Assembly: GCA_963699255.1 (NCBI GenBank)
Contig: OY969425.1
Span: 360,001 to 392,000, forward strand
Source of the DNA: an uncultured bacterium
GTDB taxonomy: Bacteria > Margulisbacteria > WOR-1 > CAVSGV01
Length of the DNA stretch: 32,000 nt
Reading direction: 5' to 3'
A program made the position numbers and the translations under genes. The notes under the pieces are model-generated. The model searched no databases. It saw only the letters and a program-made list of their open reading frames with translations, and was not told the origin of the DNA. Position 1 is the first letter of the stretch; each line of letters starts with the position of its first letter. This document shows, piece after piece, positions 9,442-18,404 of the stretch.

Positions 9442-12400
9442 ATGCCCCGAGGGTTCATACATCTTCATGTGCATTCTGAGTACAGCCTCCTTGATGGTGC
9501 AAGCCGCGTAGAGGACCTGGCCAAAAGGGCGCACGAGCTCGGCATGAAGGGGATGGCCATCACCGACCACGGCAGCATGTATGCCGCGGTAAAGTTCTAC
9601 CTCAACATGAAAGAAGCCGGCATCAAACCGATCATCGGCAGCGAGCTTTATATCGCCCCCAACGGAAGGTTCAACAAGATCACTGCGGAAGACAGGTCGC
9701 CGTTCCATTTGACCGTTCTGGCGAAAAACAAGGCCGGATATAAGAACCTGGTCACACTCGTGTCCAAGGGAAACATAGAGGGATTTTATTCCAAACCGAG
9801 GGTCGACAAAGAGCTCCTGGAAAAGCACAGGGAGGGACTGATAGTTCTGTCCGGCTGCCTTAAAGGGGAGATAGCCAAAAAGATCGTCGCGAACGAGGAG
9901 CAAAAGGCAAAAGAACTTGCGTCATTCTACAAGGAACTGTTCAAGGATGATTTTTACTTAGAGATGATGTATCACGGCCTTCCGGAACAAAAAAAGGTGA
10001 ACGAGTATCTTGAAAAACTCGGCAAGGAAATGGGCATCCCGTGCGTCGCCACCAATGACAGCCATTACACGAGGCGTGAGGACGCGAGAACCCAGGACAT
10101 AATGCTTTGCATTCAGACGGGGGCTTTCCTGGATGACGCCGACAGGATGAAATTCTCTTCCGACGAATTCTTCATTAAATCCCATGCGGAAATGAAGAGC
10201 AATTTCTCCCATAACGAAGAAGCGCTGGGGAATACCATGGATGTACTGGATAAGTGCGACCTCGAATTGGATATCGGGCGCAACCTTATTCCGGATTTCC
10301 CGGTTCCGGAAGGCGAAACTCCCGATTCTTTCCTTGAGAAGCTCAGCTTTGAAGGTATAAAGCAAAAGTACGGTGTTAATGCGGAGGACCGCGGGAAGGA
10401 AGTTGTCGTGGTGCCTCCCGAAGTGAATGAAAGGGTTAAATACGAGCTCAGCGTCATAAAACAAACCGGGTTCGCGTCTTATTTTCTGATAGTTAACGAT
10501 TTCATAAATTTCGCCAGGTCCGCGGGGATTCAGGTGGGCCCGGGGAGAGGATCTGCGGCCGGAAGCATAGTTTCTTACTCTCTGGGAATAACCAGCCTCG
10601 ACCCGCTAAAATACGGGCTCATATTCGAGAGATTCCTGAATCCGGAGAGGATATCCATGCCTGATATCGACATAGACTTCTGTATCGAGAGGCGGCAGGA
10701 GGTCATAGATTACGTCGTCAGGAAATACGGCGCGAGCAGGGTTGCGCAGATAATAACTTTCGGAACGATGGCCGCAAGGGCCGCGATAAGGGATGTAGGC
10801 CGAGTTGAACAGGTCCCTCTATCGGAGGTCGACAAGATCGCGAAAATGGTCCCGATGGTAAAGGACATGACAATAGATAAGGCTGTTTCGGAGATAAAGG
10901 AACTGAAGGCCATATACGATAAGGATGCAAAGATCAAGGCGCTCATTGATGACGCGAAGAGGATTGAAGGCCTGGTGAGGCATGCGTCGATGCACGCCGC
11001 GGGAGTCGTCATTTCCAGGGAGGAGCTTACGAACATCGTCCCGGTACAGACAGTGAACGATACTCAGGTGATGTCCCAGTACGACATGGATGACCTGAAG
11101 GAGATCGGGATCTTGAAAATGGACTTTTTGGGTCTGCGCAACCTCACGATGATAGCGCATGCCGTTAATATCATCCGGCATACAAAGGGGATTGATTTGA
11201 ACATAAAAACACTGCCGCTTGATGATACTGAAACATACCAACTGCTTTGCAGCGGCAATACGATCGGCATATTTCAGCTTGAAAGCAGGGGGATGAGGTC
11301 GCTAATAAAAGATCTTAAGCCGACTTCTTTCGAGGAAATAATCCCTCTTATTGCGCTTTACAGGCCGGGCCCCATAGAGAGCGGAATGGTGGAGGACTTT
11401 GTTAAAAGGAAACACAAGCAGGTGGAAGTTAAATATGAGATGCCGGAGCTTGAGCCAATATTGCGGGAAACGTACGGCGTCATTCTTTACCAGGAACAGG
11501 TCATGGAGATAGCGAGCAAAATAGCTGGCTACTCTTTTGCCCAGGCGGACGTTCTGCGCGCCGCTATGGGCAAGAAAAAAGTAAAAGAGATGCACGCGGA
11601 AAGAGAGCGCTTCATAGCGGGAGTAAAAAAGAACCATTCGGAGAACAAGGCCGTGCACCTGTTCAATCTTTGTTCGAAGTTCGCGGGGTACGGGTTCAAC
11701 AAGAGCCATTCCGCGTCATATTCGATCATCTCGTACCAGACGGCTTACCTTAAAGCGAATTATCCCGTGGATTTCATGGCGGCGCTGCTTACTTCCGTTA
11801 CAGGCGATTCAGATAAAGTGAGCTTATATATTGCCGAATGTCAGAAAATGAAAGTAAAAGTAATGCCGCCCGACGTCAATGAGAGCTTGAAAAATTTCAC
11901 TGTCGTTGGCGACGGCATAAGGTTCGGTCTGGTCGCCATAAAAAATGTGGGACTGGCTGCGGTCGAGAACATACTCTCCGTGAAAGAAAAGGACGGAAAA
12001 TTCACATCGCTTCTCAGTTTTTGCGAAAGGGTCGACTTGCGCTCCGTTAATAAGAGGGTAATAGAAAGCCTCATCAAGAGCGGGGCTTTTGACAGCCTCG
12101 GCAGGCGCGCCGCGCTGCTTAAAAAGCTCGAGGGCACAATCGATAAGGCGGCTCTTACCCAAAAAGAAACGGCGAACGGGCAGGGCGCTTTGTTCCAGGT
12201 GGAAAGAAAGGCGGCTGCGCCGGGCGAACCCGATGCCGATGATGCGGCGGAATTCAGCCCGGACGAGCTGCTAAAGATGGAGAAGGAAATGCTGGGGCTT
12301 TACATATCGGGGCATCCGCTCTCTTCGGTCAATGAACTTCTAAAGGAGCAGATCGACACTAACGCATTTGAGCTTGCAGAAAGAAAGGAAGGCGAACAGG

Positions 12401-12879
12401 TCGTTGTGGGTGGGATCCTTTCATCCTGCAGAAAACTGACCACAAGAAGAAAAGAGCTTATGATGGTCGCGAACATCGAGGACATGTCCGGCACGATACC
12501 TGTGGTGATATTCCCGAGGGCTTATGAGAAATACGCTTCAATGCTTTCTGACGATGCCATTGTCATAATAAAAGGCAAGGTCAACATCGACTCCATGAAT
12601 GACGAGAAAAAGATCTTATGTGACATCGTGAAGCCTCTCTCAAAGGAAAAGAACGGACGCAGGGTATTTCATGTCAGGGTGGACAAGGAGAGATTCAGTT
12701 CCCTGCCGGAGCTGAAAAGCCTCTTCAGTTCATACAAGGGGAAGGACCCGGTTTACCTCCACATGGATGGAAAGGTGATAAAAGTGGGGGAGGAGCATTA
12801 TATTTCGATCGATCCCTCAGTGGTTTCGCAGGTTGAGGAATTGCTTGGAAGAGATTCGGCGTGGGTTGACAGCCAATGA
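9442..12879 (+). CDS. dnaE: DNA polymerase III subunit alpha
   Basis: PHP motif FIHLHVHSEYSLLDGA, GPGRGSAAGS, PDIDIDFC, palm and finger motifs, FNKSHSASYS, C-terminal OB fold. Confidence 0.98.
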   Translation: MPRGFIHLHVHSEYSLLDGASRVEDLAKRAHELGMKGMAITDHGSMYAAVKFYLNMKEAGIKPIIGSELYIAPNGRFNKITAEDRSPFHLTVLAKNKAGYKNLVTLVSKGNIEGFYSKPRVDKELLEKHREGLIVLSGCLKGEIAKKIVANEEQKAKELASFYKELFKDDFYLEMMYHGLPEQKKVNEYLEKLGKEMGIPCVATNDSHYTRREDARTQDIMLCIQTGAFLDDADRMKFSSDEFFIKSHAEMKSNFSHNEEALGNTMDVLDKCDLELDIGRNLIPDFPVPEGETPDSFLEKLSFEGIKQKYGVNAEDRGKEVVVVPPEVNERVKYELSVIKQTGFASYFLIVNDFINFARSAGIQVGPGRGSAAGSIVSYSLGITSLDPLKYGLIFERFLNPERISMPDIDIDFCIERRQEVIDYVVRKYGASRVAQIITFGTMAARAAIRDVGRVEQVPLSEVDKIAKMVPMVKDMTIDKAVSEIKELKAIYDKDAKIKALIDDAKRIEGLVRHASMHAAGVVISREELTNIVPVQTVNDTQVMSQYDMDDLKEIGILKMDFLGLRNLTMIAHAVNIIRHTKGIDLNIKTLPLDDTETYQLLCSGNTIGIFQLESRGMRSLIKDLKPTSFEEIIPLIALYRPGPIESGMVEDFVKRKHKQVEVKYEMPELEPILRETYGVILYQEQVMEIASKIAGYSFAQADVLRAAMGKKKVKEMHAERERFIAGVKKNHSENKAVHLFNLCSKFAGYGFNKSHSASYSIISYQTAYLKANYPVDFMAALLTSVTGDSDKVSLYIAECQKMKVKVMPPDVNESLKNFTVVGDGIRFGLVAIKNVGLAAVENILSVKEKDGKFTSLLSFCERVDLRSVNKRVIESLIKSGAFDSLGRRAALLKKLEGTIDKAALTQKETANGQGALFQVERKAAAPGEPDADDAAEFSPDELLKMEKEMLGLYISGHPLSSVNELLKEQIDTNAFELAERKEGEQVVVGGILSSCRKLTTRRKELMMVANIEDMSGTIPVVIFPRAYEKYASMLSDDAIVIIKGKVNIDSMNDEKKILCDIVKPLSKEKNGRRVFHVRVDKERFSSLPELKSLFSSYKGKDPVYLHMDGKVIKVGEEHYISIDPSVVSQVEELLGRDSAWVDSQ

Positions 12880-12904
12880 ATGAAAAATGGAAGGGGAGAT
12901 AAAA

Positions 12905-13225
12905 ATGTCGATTATTGATGAAATGAAGTTCGACGGTTCCGGCCTTATTCCGGCGATAGTCCAGGATGAAAAGACAAAGGATGTATTGATGGTGGCTTAT
13001 ATGAACAGGGAATCTCTTGAGAAAACAATAAAGGAAGGCAAAGCTTGTTACTGGAGCAGGTCAAGGAAGAAACTCTGGACAAAAGGCGAGACATCCGGCA
13101 ATTTCCAGAAAGTTAAGGCAATATTTTATGATTGCGATATGGACGCTCTTCTCCTGATAGTTGATCAGGTCGGGGTTGCCTGCCATACCGGCAACAGGAG
13201 CTGTTTTTACAGGAAGCTGAAATAA
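12905..13225 (+). CDS. hisI: Phosphoribosyl-AMP cyclohydrolase
   Basis: [64 protein letters not shown]. Start refined from the track's 12887 to 12905, which has GGGGAG upstream. Confidence 0.93.
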   Translation: MSIIDEMKFDGSGLIPAIVQDEKTKDVLMVAYMNRESLEKTIKEGKACYWSRSRKKLWTKGETSGNFQKVKAIFYDCDMDALLLIVDQVGVACHTGNRSCFYRKLK

Positions 13226-13243
13226 TGTCTGCGGTTCCAGAAT

Positions 13244-13765
13244 ATGCGGCAACAATCATTAGAGACGTTCACGTATATGGTTTTTAAGACACCCTTTGGC
13301 CATATGGGCGCTGCGAGAACGCGTTTGGGGATGCACACGGTCATATTGCCGAAAAGACGCGCGGATGAAGTTGAGGGGATACTTAAGGAAAGGCTTGGTC
13401 AGGACATCATTGAAGATGGATCAAGTTTCAGTTCATTTTACAGTAAAACATCGGAATATTTTTCAGGAAAGAACGTAAGTTTTGACGATCTCATAGATGT
13501 TGAAGGAGCCTCCGATTTTGAAAAGCGCGTTTGGTCAATGGCGGCTGCCATTCCCTGGGGACAGGTTCGATCTTATGATTGGGTGGCGCGGTCAATAGGT
13601 CAGCCGGGTGCATACAGAGCTGTTGGTAGAGCCCTTGCGTGCAACAGACTTCCGATCATCATACCTTGCCACAGGGTAACTAAGAAGGACGGGGATATCG
13701 GTGGATTTGCGGACGGGCCGCAGATGAAAAGTTTGTTATTAAAAATAGAGGGCAGTTTACATTGA
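13244..13765 (+). CDS. Methylated-DNA--[protein]-cysteine S-methyltransferase
   Basis: AIPWGQVRSYDWVARSIGQPGAYRAVGRALACNRLPIIIPCHRV active-site motif. Actual start may be 13277 (MVFKTPFG). Confidence 0.9.
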   Translation: MRQQSLETFTYMVFKTPFGHMGAARTRLGMHTVILPKRRADEVEGILKERLGQDIIEDGSSFSSFYSKTSEYFSGKNVSFDDLIDVEGASDFEKRVWSMAAAIPWGQVRSYDWVARSIGQPGAYRAVGRALACNRLPIIIPCHRVTKKDGDIGGFADGPQMKSLLLKIEGSLH

Positions 13766-14496
13766 ACACCTCAAATTCCAAATTCGGTCATTGGCCATTG
13801 GTCATTTATTTGTCATTGGTGATCGGGTTTTGGTCATTTATGTCCGGAGCTTGTGAAGCAAGGTCCGTCTGGAACGGTGACCGTACCAGGAATGTTGTTG
13901 CTCTTACTTTCGATGACGGGCCAAAACCGGAGTTTTGCGCGCACATTCTTGACATTCTGGACAGGTTCGGCGCGAAAGCAACTTTTTTTGTGGTCGGACA
14001 GGAAGCGGAGGACAGTCCCGATCTGATAATGAGAATGGAAGACAGCGGACACGAGATAGGCAACCACACATATTCGCACATGCCTCTTAAGGACAAGCCT
14101 GTGGGGGAAGCGCTGGAAGATATCCAGAGATGCAGCGAGGTCATTTATAACATAACCGGCAAACAGCCAAAGTATTTCCGTCCGCCCGGAGGGGAATATA
14201 ATTCCGGCATATTGAACGGATTGAACAAGATGGGGCTTACAACGGTGTACTGGTCCTTGAATGCTGCCGACTATAGCGACGATATGACGCCGGGATATGA
14301 AGTGCCTGACGACTATCAGGCCATGGCAAAAGCGCTTACAAAGCGCATTGTGGACAAAGTAACTCCTGGGACTATAATATTGTTACATAATGGGAGCGAG
14401 CAGACCGTACTGGCTCTGCCGTTCATTCTCACCGAATTAAAGAAGAAAGGATATGGCTTCGTTACCATAAGCGATATTCTCGAGGAGAAGATCTGA
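13762..14496 (+). CDS. Polysaccharide deacetylase family protein (secreted)
   Basis: [37 protein letters not shown] motifs; TTG start gives a hydrophobic leader. Confidence 0.9.
   Translation: MNTSNSKFGHWPLVIYLSLVIGFWSFMSGACEARSVWNGDRTRNVVALTFDDGPKPEFCAHILDILDRFGAKATFFVVGQEAEDSPDLIMRMEDSGHEIGNHTYSHMPLKDKPVGEALEDIQRCSEVIYNITGKQPKYFRPPGGEYNSGILNGLNKMGLTTVYWSLNAADYSDDMTPGYEVPDDYQAMAKALTKRIVDKVTPGTIILLHNGSEQTVLALPFILTELKKKGYGFVTISDILEEKI
13786..13838 (+). repeat. Degenerate (GGTCATT)n repeat inside the deacetylase leader
   Basis: GGTCATT GGCCATT GGTCATT tandem at 13786-13806, then TTGTCATT (13810-13817) and TGGTCATT (13831-13838). Confidence 0.7.
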
Positions 14497-15257
14497 TGCT
14501 TGCAAGGCGTATCATACCCTGCCTCGACGTTTCGGAGGGACGGGTCGTAAAAGGAATAAAGTTCGTTCAGCTCCGGGATGCTGGAGATCCTGTGGAGCTG
14601 GCGTCCTTTTATGATAATGAGGGCGCCGACGAGCTCACTTTCCTGGATATCACCGCTTCCTCACAAAAACGCTACATCATAATCGATGTTGTTCGCAAGG
14701 TCGCGGAGAAAGTTTTCATACCTTTCACGGTAGGGGGCGGGATCTCGGATGTTGACATGATCAAGGAGATCCTGAAGTCCGGCGCCGATAAGGTATCCAT
14801 AAATACGGCTGCGATCAAGAACCCCGACTTCATAAAAAAGGCTTCAGATAAATTCGGGAGCCAGTGCATCGTGGTGGCTATTGACGCCAAAAGGAATTCG
14901 AGTGGCTCTTCCTGGGAGGTTTACATCAATGGTGGCAGAACTCCTACCGGAGTTGACGCAGTGGAGTGGGCGAAGCGGGCCGAAAGCCTCGGCGCGGGAG
15001 AGATACTTTTAACGAGCATGGACAGGGACGGCACCAAAGAGGGATATGATATTGAACTTACAAAAGCCATATCCAGCAGCGTTAATGTCCCCGTTATCGC
15101 CTCGGGCGGCGCCGGCACAAAGGAGCATGTTTATGAGGCTTTAACTCGCGGCGGCGCTGACGCGGCCCTTCTTGCTTCGCTCCTCCACTACGGCGAATTC
15201 CGCATAAAGGAGCTGAAGGAATTTTTGACCAGGAAAGGGATCCCCGTAAGGCTTTAA
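14496..15257 (+). CDS. hisF: Imidazole glycerol phosphate synthase subunit HisF
   Basis: [62 protein letters not shown]. Confidence 0.96.
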   Translation: MLARRIIPCLDVSEGRVVKGIKFVQLRDAGDPVELASFYDNEGADELTFLDITASSQKRYIIIDVVRKVAEKVFIPFTVGGGISDVDMIKEILKSGADKVSINTAAIKNPDFIKKASDKFGSQCIVVAIDAKRNSSGSSWEVYINGGRTPTGVDAVEWAKRAESLGAGEILLTSMDRDGTKEGYDIELTKAISSSVNVPVIASGGAGTKEHVYEALTRGGADAALLASLLHYGEFRIKELKEFLTRKGIPVRL

Positions 15258-15258
15258 T

Positions 15259-16086
15259 ATGGACATCGAAATATACCTCTCTAACCGAAAGAGCGTTGTT
15301 AACAAAGCCCTATCTGAATATATCCCTAGAGGAGATAGATACGCAAAAACATTGCGTGATGCCGTCAGATATTCACTTATGTCGGGAGGCAAAAGAATAA
15401 GGCCCATACTGACGCTTGCCGCCTGCGAAGCGGTATCGGGAGGCTATAAAAAAGCCATGCCGCTGGCCGTGGCCATCGAGATGATCCACACATATACGCT
15501 GATCCATGATGATCTGCCGGCAATGGACAATGACGATATCAGGCGCGGAAAACCGACCTGCCACCGTGTTTTCGGGGAGGATGTTGCCATTCTCGCGGGG
15601 GACATGCTGAACACGCTGGCTTTCGAGATAATCGCGGATAACTACGGCGAAAGATCCGCTCTTATCATTTCGGAACTTTCAAAAGCACTGGGCATCAATG
15701 GGGTTGTTGGGGGACAGCTTGCCGATCTGAAATCGAAGGACAAAAGGATCGCCATGAGCGAGCTTAGGTTCATAAGCATACATAAGACGGCATGCCTTTT
15801 TATCGCAAGTGTCAGGTGCGGAGCGATCGCAGGAGGAGCCACCCGCAGCGAGATCTCGAAGCTGACCGAATACGCAATGAGCATCGGCCTTGCGTTTCAG
15901 ATAATAGATGATATATTGGATTATAAGACCGGATCGAAAAACAATTACCCGGCGCTCCTTGGAATGAAGAGTTCAGAGTCTCAAGCTAAGACCGGAATAG
16001 AAAAAGCGGTCAGGGCTTTGCCCGGAGGCGCAAACTACAGCTATTTAAGGGGTATCGCTCTCTTTTTGGCCGAAAGAAAGGAATGA
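15259..16086 (+). CDS. ispA: Polyprenyl synthetase (farnesyl/geranylgeranyl diphosphate synthase)
   Basis: GGKRIRP, first Asp-rich motif DDLPAMDNDDIRRGKPT, second motif FQIIDDILD. Confidence 0.88.
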   Translation: MDIEIYLSNRKSVVNKALSEYIPRGDRYAKTLRDAVRYSLMSGGKRIRPILTLAACEAVSGGYKKAMPLAVAIEMIHTYTLIHDDLPAMDNDDIRRGKPTCHRVFGEDVAILAGDMLNTLAFEIIADNYGERSALIISELSKALGINGVVGGQLADLKSKDKRIAMSELRFISIHKTACLFIASVRCGAIAGGATRSEISKLTEYAMSIGLAFQIIDDILDYKTGSKNNYPALLGMKSSESQAKTGIEKAVRALPGGANYSYLRGIALFLAERKE

Positions 16087-16090
16087 ACAT

Positions 16091-16474
16091 ATGATAAAAG
16101 AAATTATCACAGGATCTCTTACAAATGCAGCTCTAATAACAGCTCTTGTTTCCATGTTACTGGCCCAGGTGATCAAGATAATATACTATTCGATCGTTGA
16201 AAGAAAGATCAATTGGCTGCATTGTTTTGAGGCAGGCGGGATGCCTTCTTCGCACTCGGCTTCGGTATGCGCGCTCTCCATGATGGTGGGTTTAAAAGAA
16301 GGCTTTGATTCCACCCTTTTCGCTGCGGTCATTATTTTTGCCGCGATCGTCATGTATGATGCGATCGTAATAAGGGCGGAAGAGGTGGAGCACACGCTGA
16401 TCGAAGTTTCGGCGGGTGGGCTTATCGGCATTATCGTTGCTTTGATCTTACATTTCAATATTTTCAGGGGGTAA
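16091..16474 (+). CDS. Divergent PAP2 family protein (DUF212)
   Basis: AQVIKIIYYSIVERKINW, GGMPSSHSASVCALSMMVG, YDAIVIRAEEVEHT motifs. Confidence 0.88.
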   Translation: MIKEIITGSLTNAALITALVSMLLAQVIKIIYYSIVERKINWLHCFEAGGMPSSHSASVCALSMMVGLKEGFDSTLFAAVIIFAAIVMYDAIVIRAEEVEHTLIEVSAGGLIGIIVALILHFNIFRG

Positions 16475-16475
16475 G

Positions 16476-18404
16476 GTGTCAGAATTACTTTCCAGGTTAA
16501 ATCTTCCTTATGATTTAAAAAAACTTTCCTGTTCTGAGCTTGAGGACCTCGCGACCGAGATCAGGACTTTGATAATTGATACAACATCTCATGTTGGAGG
16601 GCATCTTTCTTCTTCCCTTGGAACGGTTGAGCTGGCTGTTGCGCTCCATGCGGTCTATGATTCGCCTAAAGACAAGATCCTTTGGGATGTCGGCCACCAG
16701 GCCTATGCGCACAAGATATTGACGAGCAGGAGCTCCAGCTTCCGGACACTTCGCCAATACGGGGGCATCTCTGGTTTCCCGAACAAAGATGAATCCCAGC
16801 ATGACCAATTCACCGTCGGACACGCGAGCAATTCAATATCTTTAGCGCTTGGACTGGCGAAGGCAAGGGATATTTTAAAGGAAAACTTCCACATAGTGTG
16901 CGTGATAGGCGACGGAGCGCTTTCCGGCGGACTCGCGCTCGAGGGGATGAACAATCTTATCGGATTAAAAGATAATCTTGTGATCGTTCTGAACGATAAC
17001 CAGCTTTCCATATCAAAAAATGTCGGAGGGCTCGCCAATTATTTTACAAAGCTCAGGACGAGCGGCGCTTATGTCAAATTCAGGGACCGCGTTGAGAAGA
17101 TGGTCAAGAGGATCCCAAGGATCGGGGTTGCGCTGGTACAGAAGGCAGAGAACATGAAGAACAGGCTGAAGCACTTTGTTGTTGACTTCAATGTCGGCGT
17201 GATCATAGAGGAACTGGGAATAAGATACCTCGGTCCGATAGACGGTCATAATATTCCCCTGATAATGGGGACCTTGCAATATGCGAAAGAAGTGAAGGGG
17301 CCGATAGTTGTTCACATTCATACAACAAAAGGAAAGGGATATAAACCGTCGGAAGCTGACCCGACCAGGTTCCATGGGATCGCGCCTTTTAAGATCGATA
17401 CAGGAGAGCTGATATCAAAGAGCGATGCCCCGACCTATACGTCCATTTTCGGAAAAACGATCGTTAAGCTGGCGCAGGCGGATGATAAGATCGTGGCAAT
17501 AACCGCTGCCATGCTTGACGGAACGGGTCTTGAAGAATTCGCGAGGCTCTATCCGGAGAAATTTTTTGATGTCGGCATTGCGGAAGAGCACGCCGTTACT
17601 TTTTCCGCCGGACTTGCGAAAGCGGGTTTAAAGCCGGTCGTGGCGATATATTCAACTTTTCTTCAGCGCGCTTATGATGAGATAGTTCATGACGTGTGCC
17701 TCCAGAACCTGCCGGTTGTTTTTGCCATAGACCGGGCGGGCATCGTCGGCGAAGATGGAGCGACGCATAACGGGATATTTGACATCGCTTTCTTGCGTCA
17801 TATCCCGAATATCGTATTTATGGCTCCGAAAGACGGCAATGAGCTTCAGAACATGCTTTATACGGCTCTGCGCCATGCCGGACCTGTTGCTATACGATAC
17901 CCCAGAGGAACGGCTATTGGTGTTTCCATGGATGACATGCTTAAAGAGCTGCCGATCGGCAAATCGGAAATTGTATACACATCTCATCTCCCACTTGCTC
18001 CGCGCGGACTTGTCCCGACCGCAGTGTCGGGAGTCGCGGGGGCTCCCATCTCTCATCTCGTAATTTTTGCTTTAGGTTCGATGGTTTATCCGGCGATTGA
18101 AGCCGCTAAGCTGGGTGAAGCAAAAGGAGTAAGCTCGACGGTCGTTAATGCGAGATTTGTGAAGCCGCTGGATGCTGAGCTCATAATACGGTTGGCAAAA
18201 GGATCGGACAAGGTCATCACTGTCGAAGAAGGGGTTTTGGATGGCGGTTTCGGCAGTGCGGTGGCGGAGTTGCTGGCCGATAAGGACATTGAGAAGCCAT
18301 TAAAGCGGATAGGGCTGCCATCAAAGTTCATTGAACACGGAACGAGGGCACAGATACTCGATCTATACGGCCTTACGGCAGAAAAAATAGCTTCCGTTTT
18401 TTGA
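16476..18404 (+). CDS. dxs: 1-deoxy-D-xylulose-5-phosphate synthase
   Basis: SHVGGHLSSSLGTVELAVALH, WDVGHQAYAHKILT, GDGALSGGLALEGMNN, DVGIAEEHAVTF, PVVFAIDRAGIVGEDG; GTG start. Confidence 0.97.
   Translation: MSELLSRLNLPYDLKKLSCSELEDLATEIRTLIIDTTSHVGGHLSSSLGTVELAVALHAVYDSPKDKILWDVGHQAYAHKILTSRSSSFRTLRQYGGISGFPNKDESQHDQFTVGHASNSISLALGLAKARDILKENFHIVCVIGDGALSGGLALEGMNNLIGLKDNLVIVLNDNQLSISKNVGGLANYFTKLRTSGAYVKFRDRVEKMVKRIPRIGVALVQKAENMKNRLKHFVVDFNVGVIIEELGIRYLGPIDGHNIPLIMGTLQYAKEVKGPIVVHIHTTKGKGYKPSEADPTRFHGIAPFKIDTGELISKSDAPTYTSIFGKTIVKLAQADDKIVAITAAMLDGTGLEEFARLYPEKFFDVGIAEEHAVTFSAGLAKAGLKPVVAIYSTFLQRAYDEIVHDVCLQNLPVVFAIDRAGIVGEDGATHNGIFDIAFLRHIPNIVFMAPKDGNELQNMLYTALRHAGPVAIRYPRGTAIGVSMDDMLKELPIGKSEIVYTSHLPLAPRGLVPTAVSGVAGAPISHLVIFALGSMVYPAIEAAKLGEAKGVSSTVVNARFVKPLDAELIIRLAKGSDKVITVEEGVLDGGFGSAVAELLADKDIEKPLKRIGLPSKFIEHGTRAQILDLYGLTAEKIASVF

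Noticed and set aside
9421-12274. Several 60-168-aa antisense and alternate-frame ORFs within dnaE
   Set aside because: They mirror a strongly conserved long coding region, have no recognisable domains or SDs, and fit codon-bias shadow ORFs.
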